From the NCBI RefSeq assembly GCF_006345805.1, contig NC_043009.1, positions 60,822,001 through 60,886,000 on the forward strand: 64,000 nt of DNA, read 5' to 3'. The position numbers were made by a program, and so were the translations under genes. The notes under the pieces were generated by a model, which was not told where the DNA came from, made no database searches, and worked only from the letters and a program-made list of their open reading frames with translations. Every line of letters begins with the position of its first letter. Position 1 is the first letter of the stretch. Shown here one piece after another: positions 50,371 to 63,339 of the stretch. This stretch comes from Octopus sinensis. Taxonomy: Eukaryota.

Positions 50371-50861
50371 AACCAATAAAAAAGAAAATTGTGGAACAAA
50401 TAAATATTATGGAATAAGATTACATGGAGCAAGGATGCAAGTTTCTAGAAAGGAGGGAGAGAAAGAGAGAAGCACCATAGAGATAGCTTAAGACATAATT
50501 TTGATGATAACAACTCTTAAATGCCAATATGGCATTTTCTGCTGCTAATTTTTGTAAAATGTTGAGAGTGTAATGTTGTTGTTGTTTACTTGCACCAGAC
50601 AATATTGCTAGCATTATTGTTGTTGTTGTTGTTGTTGCCGTCGTTATCTGTTGACTGAACAACAATAGCAAAGACGAGATTGCACTCCACAGTCAACAAG
50701 ACAAGTTTTTTACTTGTACTTCTCTCAGCTAGAGATATATTGATCTGTCAGTAATGAATCACTTTTTTTGTGGGGGATAAAAAAAAAAGCAGACAGAAAC
50801 AGCCCTTTTATTCATAAATACATGTATTTTTATAGTCTTTCATGCTGCCATGGTCATACTT

Positions 50862-50897
<36 letters not shown>

Positions 50898-52517
50898 ACA
50901 ACACCAGATTTTGAATCTCATAGAGAAATGTGAGATGGTGGTGGCCATGTATTCTGTGGTGAGGTGCAGTGAGTAATTTTAGTTTTTGGTTTCATTCACT
51001 CACTCAATGTCACTTTTTTTAATTGTTCATCGGTAGACTTTGCGAGTGTGTTTTAAAAAAAGGTTTCCACCCCCCCCCCTGCTCATACAGATCTTTATAC
51101 AAAGTGTAATTTGGTTTTTAAAATTTTATACATTATTATATACATGTGGACAGTCCACTATGGACTAAAGTAATATTTAGCTAGACTCAACCATTCCTGT
51201 GGGGGGGAAAAGTAAGACCGCCAAACAAATGTGTTTGCTTTTTTTCTATAAATATAGATAATATATATATATAAATATATAGGAATGTAAAAAGGGTTTT
51301 ATTTTTTAATTTTGTTAGATCTTCAGAGAGTAAAGCACTCCAGAAGTTTCTGTGTATCAAGTTAAATTGAACTGAGGCAAATCATAATTAAATAGGCTTG
51401 CTTTAGTGACGAGTGCATAGGATTGTTTTCTTCCTATGGGTTGATACTACGTTACGTCATTTAATTATGATTAAGGGACATGTCAGGCCTTCGTAAAAGC
51501 CTGAACAGTCTTTCATTGACAAAGCACAATAGAACTTTGGTTGTTACAAGTGTCCTGGGTGATTAAGGACAGCTCACACCCTATCAATAGATTGTCATAG
51601 TTTATCCACAACACTTGAGAGAGATTGGTTTTTTCCTGCTACAAGTTACTATCAGGAGAAGTGAGAGAAAAACATAACAGTTGGCATTTTGTGTGCACAT
51701 GTATTTAGCAAATGCTCAAACTGTTTAGCCCACCAGATTTTTTTTTTTAGACTTAGTAGTTTGTTCATTCATATCTGCTGCTGTGTTGCCAAGTAACAGA
51801 GACAATCGAAATTGCATTTCATAAAACTTAGAGCGCAAAAAAAAAATGGAAGAAAAAAAAAAGGGCAGCAGAGGTTGCTGTATGTCACTCCATGAATTGC
51901 AATGGAAACTAATCTTATCGGTAATGCTGTTATTAAACTATTATTGATCTGTAAGATTGTTCAATGACAATTTTACTAGAATTATTCATTTGGACAAATT
52001 TAAACTGTTTTGAACAGATTTAAATATGCAGAATTTAAATGGTTTACAAAATAGTAAACTAGTTGATTTTCTTTAGGAGAGTTGAGGTGTCTACTTTTCA
52101 AGAAACAAATAAATGTATCAAAAAAGTTTTTTTTTTCTGTGAAGTATTTGTTTTTTTGTTTTTTTGAAATACTGAAATCCCTCAATTAACAGAAAAAAAA
52201 AGCTCTTGGACATTTTTACAGACATTTGAAAATTTAGTTAAAACAACAATTTAGAGAAAGTCTATTAGTTGTAATATTTTTGGGAGTTTTAAATATTTTT
52301 GTATTTTTTAAGCTGCCTTTTTTAAAAGTTTAATCTTTTTTTGGGAGGATACTTTGTAACTTTTTTGTTTTTATCTTTAAAGTTAAAGAACTATCTGTTT
52401 AATAAAAAGAATAACTGGAAAAAAATTGTAATTATAAATCTTTGTCCCAGAATAAAAGACAGTATACTCAGATTTCCTTTGACAAAATAAAAAACAATAC
52501 CAAATAAAATTCTGAGC

Positions 52518-52814
52518 TTAATTTGCAGTAACTGGTTGCAGCTTCACACACTCTTCGTCTCGTTTTTGAAGTATATTTTGGCTACAACTAAGTGGTAAAA
52601 CCTTTTCTGTATTGGTTGGTGGAGAGAAATACTCTTCATTATACAGGTGCTTAATGCAGTCATAAATCTCATCAACTTCGATTTGCTCGAGCCGGCGTTT
52701 CACACAAACTCGTTTCTTGTGTCCGTAAATTACAGGAGGCTTTGGAAGATGGAATTTGCTGCTAAGATAGCGACTGCATTCCTCTCGGCAGTTAATGAGT
52801 TGATCAGTTGGAAC
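52518..52814 (-). CDS. CCNI: Cyclin I, last coding exon (98 aa + stop)
   Basis: ctttgctag|GTT CCA ACT... VPTDQLINCREECSRYL...KRRLEQIEVDEIYDCIKHLYNEE...LQPVTAN*. Matches the CCNI-specific C-terminal motif KRKVEEMEVDDFYDGIKRLYNED (recalled). Confidence 0.95.
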   Translation of the reverse strand, partial: VPTDQLINCREECSRYLSSKFHLPKPPVIYGHKKRVCVKRRLEQIEVDEIYDCIKHLYNEEYFSPPTNTEKVLPLSCSQNILQKRDEECVKLQPVTAN

Positions 52815-53129
52815 CTAGCAAAGATAAAAATACATACATTTACCAAAAAATGACAACTGCACAAAAATATTAATTAGATATCTAGATTTATCTGAGGTCA
52901 CCCAAATTGTTAAGAACAGCAATCACATCTCCTCAAAATGATGGATACTTTGGATATAGAAAACAGAGAGATAGTCAAGGCTGGAATGCTCTTGATCATA
53001 GATTGGCCCATCAAGGCCAGCCTGGGGTTAGGTAACAACTGAGTAGTCAAACATAAGGTTTGAACTCATGACCTGCTAATCAGCAGCCTATTACAGCCTC
53101 TGTATTAAACCATTTAAAAGAGAAACAAA

Positions 53130-53368
53130 AATACCTATTTCTTTACTACCCACAAGGGACTAAATACAGAGAGGACAAACAAGGACAGACAAACGGATTA
53201 TGTCAATTATATCGACCTCAGTGCGTAACTGGTACTTATTTAATCGACCCCGAAAGGATGAAAGGCAAAGTCTACCTCGTCAGAATTTGAACTCAGAATG
53301 TAGCAGCAGACGAAATACTGCTAAGCATTTCGCCCAGCGTGCTAACGTTTCTGCCAGCTCGCCGCCTT
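53130..53368 (-). mobile_element. SINE-A monomer with the multimer-type tail
   Basis: Ends ...gtgggtagtaaagaaataggtattttt. Confidence 0.85.
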
Positions 53369-53722
53369 TTTCTCAGAAGAGAAACAAAAATACCAATAAG
53401 TGGAAATAATGATGGAAGGAGAGTTGTAGTAAGTCATAAGAATGACAATCATCTGCTCCAAGGTTCAACAAACATAGTATGTGCTTTTGATAAAGACACT
53501 TTGCTCTTAACAGATTATTCTGCCAGTAACATAACAAACAGTAAGGTAGAAATTATCAATGGCAGTAGTGGGAGCATAATGTAATGCGTGTTTTGTAACT
53601 ATTAGCAATTCTTGAAATAGACTAGAATCCTATTTATGGCAAGAAATGCTGTATTTTTCTCAATAGTTTTCAGGAATGTTATCACATATTAATAATGACT
53701 TACTGGAAAAACCAAAACTTAC

Positions 53723-53953
53723 CTCTGTAATTTTTTGCAGCATCATTGTCAACTGGAGCCAGGAGTGAAAGATATGAGACTCGAGTTCAAGGCTGAACAC
53801 TGCAAGAACCAAAACTGATGGGCGGAAGACCATAAACCTATGATTACATAAGCATCGAAAAACCTTGGAAGTCAAGGATGCCAGCTGGTGAGACGGTGTC
53901 ATATTTCCAAGATATAGATACTGTGGGTACATAGAAAGCAACAATGCATGAAT
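53723..53953 (-). CDS. CCNI: Cyclin I, coding exon 5 (77 aa)
   Basis: cattttcag|ATT CAT GCA...ACA GAG|gtaagt; IHALLLSMYPQ...TPSHQLASLT...FRPSVLVLAVFSLELE...LQKITE. Confidence 0.93.
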
Positions 53954-54105
53954 CTGAAAATGAAAGAAATAATAATCTTATATTTCTGATGGTTTTTGAC
54001 GACAAAGTCAATCAAAATATGCAGTAAATTCTTGATATATCCCCCCCACCGTCTCTTAGGAAATATCCTTCCTTTGAAATAAATATTTTACAGGAATATA
54101 CTTAC

Positions 54106-54246
54106 AGTGTGAAGAAAATCAATGTGGCTAACATTCCTCAAATTCCAGTCCAGTTTACCGAGAATCTCTCTCTCCATTCGCAAAATTTCAGATACACTAC
54201 AACCACATTGACTTTCAGCAGCCAACTCTCGGGTACTAGGAATAAC
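54106..54246 (-). CDS. CCNI: Cyclin I, coding exon 4 (47 aa)
   Basis: cttgcag|GTT ATT...CAC ACT|gtaagt; VIPSTRELAAESQCGCSVSEILRMEREILGKLDWNLRNVSHIDFLHT. Confidence 0.95.
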
Positions 54247-54388
54247 CTGCAAGGAAGAAAAAAAATAAATAAATAAATAAAGAGGTGTGATTCGAGTGAG
54301 ATGTGAGTACAGCATTGGGTTAATGCCGAAATTAAATTAAGACGAATAGAAAGTCATTTCTTAGAATGTAAATAAATGTTAAACTGAC

Positions 54389-54463
54389 CTCATCTTCTTC
54401 AATGGTTTTTGCTGCCAGAAAGAAGCAGGATACTGCAACACAGTGAAGATATTTTGGTGGTAC
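54389..54463 (-). CDS. CCNI: Cyclin I, coding exon 3 (25 aa)
   Basis: tttttgcag|GTA CCA...GAT GAG|gtcagt; VPPKYLHCVAVSCFFLAAKTIEEDE. Confidence 0.95.
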
Positions 54464-54679
54464 CTGCAAAAATATTGCTTAATTAACAAATTGGTTTCTT
54501 TCAACAGGAATTTTGTTAAGTTAATAGATTAAAGTAGAAACAATGTCCTAAGACAATCTATTATTAAACTGGATATGTTAACTCAGTACACTACCTAAGT
54601 ATCAGTGATATACTGACTGATTCAGTCACCAATATTTATTCTCTGTTTAAAAACAACAGAAACATGTCTTGTCAAAAGA

Positions 54680-55030
54680 ACTTGTGGCTGCATGGTAAGA
54701 AGCTTGCTCCTCAACCACATGATTCCAGGTTCAGCTACACTGCAGAGCATCTTGAGCAAGTGTCTTCTACTAAAGCCCTGAGCCGACCAAAGCCTCGTGA
54801 GAGGATTTGGTAGATGGAAACTGAAAGAACATTTGTATGTGTTTGTCCCCCCTCACCACCACCACCTGATAACCAGTGTTGGTGTGTTTACATCCCCGTA
54901 ACTTAATGGTTTGGCAGAAAGAAACAGAATAAGTACTAGGCTTTAAAAAAATAAGTACAGGAGTCAATTTGTTCAGCTAAACCCTTCAAGGTGGTGCTCC
55001 AGTATGGCCACAATTCAATGACTGAAACAA
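54680..55030 (+). mobile_element. SINE-B
   Basis: Head, CORE-like block and ggtggtgctccagtatggccaca tail. Confidence 0.85.
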
Positions 55031-56141
55031 GTGATGAAAGGGAAACCATGACAGTAAGGTGTAACACTAACTGCAAAATAATTAGGTCAATGTCTGGTAC
55101 AGCCATACTGAGTCGATTAACTACATCCTGTTAACTAATCAAGAGAATCTGGAAAAACCCGGAAAGTTAACGACATCCTGAAAAGCTAAACTTAGAAAAT
55201 ATGAATTATTAAATTTAACCTGTGTGACTCATTATTTAATAATGTAGGTAGTCTGACTATTATCAAGAAGGTAACCAATATGACCTTTAAATTGAAGGAA
55301 CAGGTTTCTATGGTGGTGGTTCTATGAATGAAAAGAAACTCGAGTAGGGCCTTTGATGTGGTCTTGCAGCCAACAATTCCAAAGCAGAGCACAAACCTTC
55401 AAGAGATTTCTAATGGAAGCTGCTTCATCAATTAGACAAAATCAGGTCTAAGGTAGACAAAGAGCTTAGTGATTGAAAATAATACACAACTGTTGCAAGT
55501 TTTTATCACTTTACATTAATTGAAAGTACTGTAGCATATCTGATATCCTCACTGTTTGAGAAACACAATAAGAATGATCTCATTTGAGATTACAGCCATC
55601 TTTGGCTGGTTTGTCCCAGTTGTGTCCACTGATCTAATTGGTTGACATTTGGCGTGGTTTTGTCTCTCTACCTATTTCGTACCACTGTGTAAAGCCAGCC
55701 AATCACAACCTTTGGATAAGGCCTGCTTCTTTGAGCGATTTTAACTCTATAAAAAGGCCAGTTTTCACTATTCTTCGTCTTTTGACTCCAGACCTTTTAA
55801 GGTCTAGACACTGACCACAGAGCTACTCAGCCAGTGTTCCAGTTTCCAGCGACAGACGACCAGTCAGCCAGTCCTGCTATTGCTCCAGCTATGAAGACGC
55901 TATTATATAACAGCGACAGACAGAACGTTTTCTATCTCTGCCGCTGTCATCACCATCATCGTCTTCCAACTTTCTGAATGGCATACCTAATGAAAAAATT
56001 ACTGCAAAGCAAATCATTTTAGCAATGTGCCTAGCCTCGTGATGAGCCATGTCTCAAATGGCTTGCTTCTTGAAAAAGATTGCTACTACCTGGATAATAA
56101 TCACAAAACAACAAAATGAAGTCAAAAGGATTACAACATAC

Positions 56142-56270
56142 CTTAACAGAATTAAGGAATCGATCCAATATGTTCAGTGTCAAAGAGACAGTTTCCGGAG
56201 TGAAGTGGAAGTTTCTGTTAACACTAACCAACCATGAAGCAGCCCAGTCTCTCTGAGAGCCTGTAACACT
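56142..56270 (-). CDS. CCNI: Cyclin I, coding exon 2 (43 aa; cyclin box)
   Basis: ttaatttcag|AGT GTT...GTT AAG|gtatgt; SVTGSQRDWAASWLVSVNRNFHFTPETVSLTLNILDRFLNSVK. Confidence 0.95.
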
Positions 56271-56794
56271 CTGAAATTAAGAGGAGACAGATAATTAATT
56301 AATAAGCTTAAAAGTAGAAGTGCTGCATGTACAAGAAAATCCACATATCAATGTAATTAACTAGTATCAGAAAGAGCACATTAATTATATTCGTTAGACA
56401 AATTGCTGTGTTAGTTTATTTGAAAGAGTTTTATTCTTAATATAACTTTAATCTTAATGGAAAGGTTGAAACGATTTATAATATTTAATGAAGAGAGAAT
56501 GTCAATGCTGTGATGTAAAGTCTTTGCCAAAGGCATCAATGGATTGAAGTAGCTAAAGTTGGTAAGAGAAATCCATTCAGGGAATGTTTGGGTTAACCAA
56601 GAGTAGCGTTCCCCATTCTAAACCACTCTTCATTCCAAGAAGATTATCAAATTCTTCCATGAGTCAAAAGAAGAGCATATCCTTTACTAAAACGGTAATG
56701 TGAGCAATGACCCATTGTTGGATATCGCTTATAAGGAAAATCCAATCAACTCACTATATTTATGTATGTGTGTGTGTGTGTGTATATATAAAGG

Positions 56795-57060
56795 CACATG
56801 GCCTATTGGTTTCAGTGTTGGACTCATGATCGCAAGATTATGGGATCGATTCCTGGACAAGGTAGCACGTTGTGTTCTTGAGCAAAACACTTTACTTCGC
56901 GTTGTTCCTTTCCACTCAGCTGTTGATTGGCAACCTTGCAACAGACTAGCCTTCTAATCAGGGAGCATCTTGACTTGCTCACCTAGCCAACAAGGTGGCA
57001 CCATTTGAAAGCTAAAACAATGCAAAGCACATTGTAACCAGCGATGTATTACAACATTTC
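56795..57060 (+). mobile_element. SINE-D, diverged
   Basis: tRNA-like head, then tgtgttcttgagcaaaacacttt...ccactcagctg. Confidence 0.65.
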
Positions 57061-58179
57061 GTTGTGTGGTCGATATCGTGATGTTATGTGATGTGTGTGT
57101 GTGTATCGACACACAAGAATGAGATATAAAACATAGTGATTTATCCTTTAAGCAGGTAGGTAGAAGGATATATAAAAGATTAAGACACCCAAAAGTATAC
57201 CTGAAGAACCAAATGTTAAGAGGAGGAGGAGGAGAGAGAAGAACATCAGGTAACGCTGTCTCCACTTCTCATGAAACACTTAAGCAGATGCAAAGCATTT
57301 TTCCCAAAGTATGTATAAGCTAAAAGCTGAGAGGTGGGGGGGACAGTCTCACACACACACACACACACACCACACACACATACACTATCCAAATTCCAAA
57401 GCTTAAACCAGAAATAACTATATTTGATTAAATTACATGACCTATATGAAACTGATAAAATAATAATTTACTAGCATTTCTTGTATCAAATTGAATTAAA
57501 AAAAAAATTTCTTTCTAAGGAAAGTTTATATGGTGATCATTTCACACTACACCTCTAGACAAGCTGGCAAGAGAAGCCTCTGTGTAGCTGCTTGATTTGC
57601 TAGAAACAAAAGTCAAATCTCCCTAAACTGGCACTTCATAGGTTATGATGATGAATGCTCCATCCAGTCGATCCGATCAATGGGACAATCTGCTCATGAA
57701 ATTAGCTTGCAAGTGGCTGAGTACTCCACAGACACAAATCCCCTTCACGTAGTTCTCAGGGAGATTCAGCATGACACACTAAATGTGACCCCTAGGTTGG
57801 CCCTTTGAATTACAGGTACAACTCATTTTTGCTAGCTGAGGAGCAATGTGAAATAATGTTCTTGCTCAAGGTTACAATGCGCTGCCAGAGTTCCTTGTAT
57901 TTAACTGGTGCTTAACTCAAGAAAGTTAAAACTAAGCAACAGCATTTGTACCAAGAGCAAACTGCATTTTTGTCAGATGCCATCCCAACTCTGCCAGTTA
58001 CAAGCCTTCTTTCTGTAAAAACAGTTTCAAGCATTCACACAAGGACACACCACATGCTTTGCAGGGAAGGAATAGTCAAACTGACCCTCCAGCATTTGAC
58101 AATTATCTTATTTACTGACCCCAGAAAGACAAAGGTGAAGTGGCTCAGCTAAACTTGGAATCTAATAATCCAGCACTAA

Positions 58180-58400
58180 ATACTCATTTCTCCTCTAGGC
58201 ACAAAGCGTGAAATTTTTGGGGGAGGAGGCCAGCCAATTACATCAACCCCAATATGCAACTGGTACTTAATTTATCGACCCCCAAAAAGATAAAAAGCAA
58301 AGTCGACCTCGGCAGAATTTGAACTTAGAACATAAAGACAGGCGAAATACCGCTAAGCATTTCACCCAGCATGCTAACATTTCTGCCAGCTCGCTGCCTT
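58180..58400 (-). mobile_element. SINE-A monomer
   Basis: Core motif with the standard tail. Confidence 0.8.
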
Positions 58401-58707
58401 ATCCAGCACTAAATACTGCCAAAATACTGACATTTCTGCTATCTTTTGATCTCTCTCTCTAAAAGTATTCAACTCATAAATGCCTAATTAACAAAATGTA
58501 TCTTTGTTGTAAACACTGTTTTGTTCCATAATGAATTGAAATTTGGATTTGATTACATCCCTCGTAATCAAATAAACTTAATTCTCTTAAGGCCTTCTCT
58601 AATTACATAATTGCAAGTTCTTAATCAAAATGACAGATAAAACCACATTATTCCTCATTGTTAATCAATGTAAAGAAGAAAAAGAAACTAGGCATAACTT
58701 AACTTAC

Positions 58708-58821
58708 CGTATCACCATGTCGTCGGAAGAATTTTGCTTTCCATTGTTGCCTCTCCTTGTTGATGGATTCGGAGAGCATCTGCAACACCTGAGCATCACC
58801 AATACCCAAGTTGAACTTCAT
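58708..58821 (-). CDS. CCNI: Cyclin I, first coding exon (38 aa); the exon begins about 58860 at a CAGCAG acceptor
   Basis: ATG AAG TTC...GAT ACG|gtaagt; MKFNLGIGDAQVLQMLSESINKERQQWKAKFFRRHGDT. The acceptor tcttaccatctctccag|cag implies an upstream non-coding exon, not identified in the window. Confidence 0.9.
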
Positions 58822-59195
58822 TATGTACGCCTATGTATCTTTTAAAGAAATGACTACCTGCTGGAGAGATGGTAAGACAAAAAAAAGAGTACACAAAATG
58901 AGAAGATGCTCTGTTACGGTCAGGTGTTGACATAATTTAACTCTTTAACATTCAGATTACTCTGTCAAAATGTAATGTTTATTTATTCAAATTGCTTCTA
59001 ATAAGCCATGCATAACCCCACAGCTTCAAAATTCCAATGATGTGATTCTAGTTTTTAGAATGAAATCATAGGGTAAGGTGTAAAAGGCTGCACCTGAACA
59101 CAAAAACAGGTTGAATATTTGGGCCGAATATGGTCAGTTAAGACGCTAAAGGGTTAATGCAGTATGTGTATGGGTATACAGTGTATGTATATATA

Positions 59196-59425
59196 TTTCT
59201 TTACTACCCACAAGGGGCTAAACACAGAGGGGACAAACAAGGACAGACAAAGTTATTAAGTCGATTATATCGACCCCAGTGCGTAACTGGTACTTAATTT
59301 ATCGACCCCCGAAAGGATGAATGGCAAAGTCTACCTCGGCGGAATTTGAACTCGGAACGTAACGACAGACGAAATACGGCTACGCATTTCGCCTGGCATG
59401 CTAACGTTTCTGCCAGCTTGCCGCC
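59196..59425 (-). mobile_element. SINE-A monomer with the multimer-type tail
   Basis: tttctttactacccacaaggggctaaacacagagggg... core and head. Confidence 0.88.
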
Positions 59426-60284
59426 ATACAGTGTATGTATATATGTAACATGTATGTGCGTGTGTGTGTGTCCCCACACACACATATAAGCAGTTGTTTT
59501 AGTTCCCTTGCAGCGTTGTGATACAGAAGTAAAATAACAAATGAAGACAGATTCCTTACAATGTAAAAAAGGAAGGTTAAGCAACCTTTATATATTTCAA
59601 GCACAAAGGACCAATCGACAGAAGTGAATGGTTCAAATAAGCGTAACTTAATGTAGAGCCTCCCTTTTCACATTGTAACAAGTGCTCCATCTTTATCTGT
59701 ATCTGACTCATACATTGTTCGCTTTCCAGACATTTCTACATTACTGCATGTACTTTATATGCACTTTTGACAAGTTGCGGTGCACCTGAGCACTGTATAC
59801 AATAATTTCATTAATATTATTATTTATTATTTGTAATTTTACTTATGTGTGTGTGAAAATAATAACCAGATCATCATCATCATCGTCATTTCAACATTGA
59901 CTTCCCCATGCAATGACAATTAAATTCAAGGACACTAGGGCTAAAAAGACGCTTGTTAGCAAAGTTTTGACCCAGAGTTAGTACCATTTCAGCACTGGAA
60001 AAATTTGGTATCTTTAGTCAGCAATGCCCCCAGGGTAAAAAAAACAACAAAACAAACAAACAAACCAAAACAAAGCTTTAGGACTGAATGTATAGAGAAC
60101 AAGACATAAAACTGATATGAAGAATAGAGAGACAATTAGATAGTGACTATTAACGAAGAAAGTGATTTTCAACTTGTCAAAGATTAAAAAAAGAAACACA
60201 GAGGATGCTGGTGAAAAGGGACATTAAAAGGTGCCCAAAAGCCTCACGAGTAGGTTTGGTAGATAGAAACTGAAATGAGCTAAT

Positions 60285-60620
60285 AGCATGTGGTAAGAAG
60301 CTTGCTTCCCAACCACATGGTTCTGAGTTCAGTCTCACTGCATGGCACCTTGGGAATGTCTCTTCTACTATATCCTCAGGCCAACAAAAGCCTTGTGAGT
60401 GAATTTGGTAGATGGAAACTGAAAGAAGCCCGTTGTATATATATATGTGTGTGTGTGTGTGTCACCACTATCGCTTTGACAACCAATGTTGGTGAGGTTT
60501 GACAAAAGAGACCAATAGAATAAGTACTAGGCTTACAAAGAAGAAGTCCTGAGGTAGATTTGTTTGACTAAATTCGGTGCTCCAGCATGCCACAGTCAAA
60601 TGACTGAAACAAGTAAGAGT
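60285..60620 (+). mobile_element. SINE-B
   Basis: Head, CORE-like block and ggtgctccagcatgccacagtc tail. Confidence 0.85.
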
Positions 60621-61663
60621 ATATATATATATTATATATATATATATATATATACATATATACATACATACACACCATCATCATTATTGTTGTTTTAATG
60701 TCCATTTTTCCATGCACATATGTATATATATAACATACATACATGCATTATTAATACAAATATATTATAGAAATACACATACACACACACAAAAATATAG
60801 TAGTTCCTAACCACTATACCAGGTGAATTTAGAATTCCATGTAGAGTATCACCATCCAGTTTACTTCCAGTGAAGTGGTTGGTTAACCGTTGACTATATT
60901 TTGTAGTATTACCGGTTATGATATTTATAACTGTATCATCATCATCATCATTTCCCATCCATGCTTGCATGGGTTGGACAGTCTGAGAATACTCAATAGG
61001 TCCAAGGACTGTGTTGAACTTCAATGATTTAGCATGGCTTTTACAGCTGGATGCTCTTCCTAACACCAACCACTTTACAGGGTGTACTGGGTAATCTTCT
61101 ATTGTGGAACCAACACTAGTGAGATTACAGTGTAGCTTGCAATTGACTGGGGCTATAAGAAAGAGGGAGACAGCTTTATACTAAGAGACAAGAGCTTAAA
61201 GTATGAGAAAAGGGATCAAGAGATCAGAACAGGTTTCTTGCTATAGAGAAGCAACATGGCTACTCGCATTACCAAAGAGTGGGTGAGAGCAAATGGGATG
61301 GAGATGGAAAAAGCCAAATAAATAGTTGCGATGAGGTGTCAGGTTGGACTCCTCAAGGTAATGAGCTGGGTAGAAGTCAGTAGGAACAGGAGAACAGGGT
61401 GTATGGTTGGGTTGAGAGTGAGAAATGGTTAGAGATGGGGACTGTGTGATGGATGAAAGACAAGTGTCATGTGTATATTTGAGGGAAGGTATTGAAGAGT
61501 AGGTAAGAATTGTAGAGACTGGGTGGGGCTGAGGCATGGATGCAATGAATGTGGACAAGGGGGGGATGACCAATGATACATGAGTTGGGGCAGGAGGGGA
61601 AGACTTGGAGATAACTGACAGAGCATGTAAATGTATTTATATGTATATCTATATCTATACAAC

Positions 61664-61722
<59 letters not shown>

Positions 61723-61789
61723 AAGCGGACGTTAAATGATGATGATGATGATGATGATACACACACACACACAGAAATGCATATAAATA

Positions 61790-62160
61790 TGTTTAACCTC
61801 ACAGAGGCAAAGTGGCCGTTCCTTTCAAGTGTAGGCCTCATGGAGGCTAAGTGGCCGAGTTCCTTTTGAGTGTTGGGTCTCCCGGAGGCAATGACCAAGA
61901 CTTTTGGCATTATGTTGTGCTTGAGAAGAAGACCCATCAAGCTGAACAAAATCATAGTTGTAGCAGATACCATTGTGTCACGCAAATGGCACCCATGCCG
62001 GTGGCACATAAAAGCACCCATTACACTCTTGGAGTGGTTGGCGTTAGGGAGGACATCCAACCGTAGAAAACCATGCAAAATCAGACTGGAGTCTGGTGCA
62101 GCCTTCCAGCTCTGGTCAAACCGTCCAACCCATGCCAGCATGGACAACAGATGTTAAATG
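61790..62160 (+). mobile_element. SINE-E, long copy
   Basis: Shared upstream block, internal unit and tail. Confidence 0.75.
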
Positions 62161-62559
62161 ATATACACACATACACAATGTATACGTATTTATACACATG
62201 CTTACACAATCATACAGACACATTATATGTAACAATGTATACATTTATGTGTGTGTTGTACATAGATATTATCAGTACTTCATTATTTTTAAACAGTTTA
62301 TCTTAGATTTCGCACAGATATTGTACCATAGATGACCTTGGATTGAATACCAGTAAGTAATAACTTCTAATTTTGTCACAAGGCCAATGCTTTATTGTTT
62401 TATAGGGGGAGGAAGAGGAATAATTAATTTAATTGAAGTACCCTAGATAACGAGATTAAATACACACACATGTACATATACATACATATATATATATATA
62501 CACACACACACATATATATACATACATATATATATACATATACACACATATATATACAT

Positions 62560-62890
62560 ATGGCTCAGTGGTTAGGGCGTCGAGCTTACGATCGTGAGGT
62601 TGTGAGCTCGAATCCCGGACCGGGCTGCGTGTTGTGTTCTTGAGCAAGGCACTTTATTTCACGTTGCTCCAGTTCACTCAACTGTAAAAATGAGTTGCGA
62701 CGTCACTGGTGCCAAGCTGTATCGGCCCTTGCCTTTCCCTTGGATAACACTGGTGGCGTGGAGAGGGGAGGCCGGTATGCATGGGCGACTGCTGGTCTTC
62801 CATAAACAACCTTGCCCGGACTTGTGTCTAGGAGGGTAACTTTCTAGGTGCAATCCCATGGTCATTCATGACCGAAGGGGGTCTTTACCC
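62560..62890 (+). mobile_element. SINE-D, well-preserved (tRNA-like head)
   Basis: ggctcagtggttagggcgtcg...gagctcgaatccc head, then gtgttcttgagcaaggcacttta core and a unique tail. Confidence 0.8.
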
Positions 62891-63011
62891 TTTATATATA
62901 TATATATATATACATATATATACATATACATACATACATATATATACATATACATATATATACATATACATACATATACATATATATACATATACATACA
63001 TATACATACAT

Positions 63012-63085
<74 letters not shown>

Positions 63086-63170
63086 GTGTATATTATATTA
63101 CATGTTTATATTTATACATACAAGTACATATATATATATATATATATATACATACATGAACACATAGATA
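62891..63170. repeat. (TA)n/(TACA)n microsatellite
   Basis: Direct inspection. Confidence 0.97.
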
Positions 63171-63339
63171 GACAGATAGTAACATAATATGCACCAGTGA
63201 GCAGAATGATAAATTGCTAAAATGAAAATCAGTGCTGAAGCCTAATTTAAAACCTGGGAAGTCCCCAGCCCACGTTATTAAAACGGAAAACACAGGAGGA
63301 ATCTAAACATATTTGGTGGAATACATGATAACCATTTGT

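Noticed and set aside
62560-62640. tRNA genes (also 25785, 45268 and the SINE-A heads)
   Set aside because: The tRNA-like heads run directly into SINE bodies and lack a complete acceptor stem.
62858-63187. YI/HT/CV-rich ORFs in the ORF track (also 4211-4630, 11427-11735, 33296-34234, 50070-50432, 63526-63988)
   Set aside because: Translations of TA/CA/AAT microsatellites.
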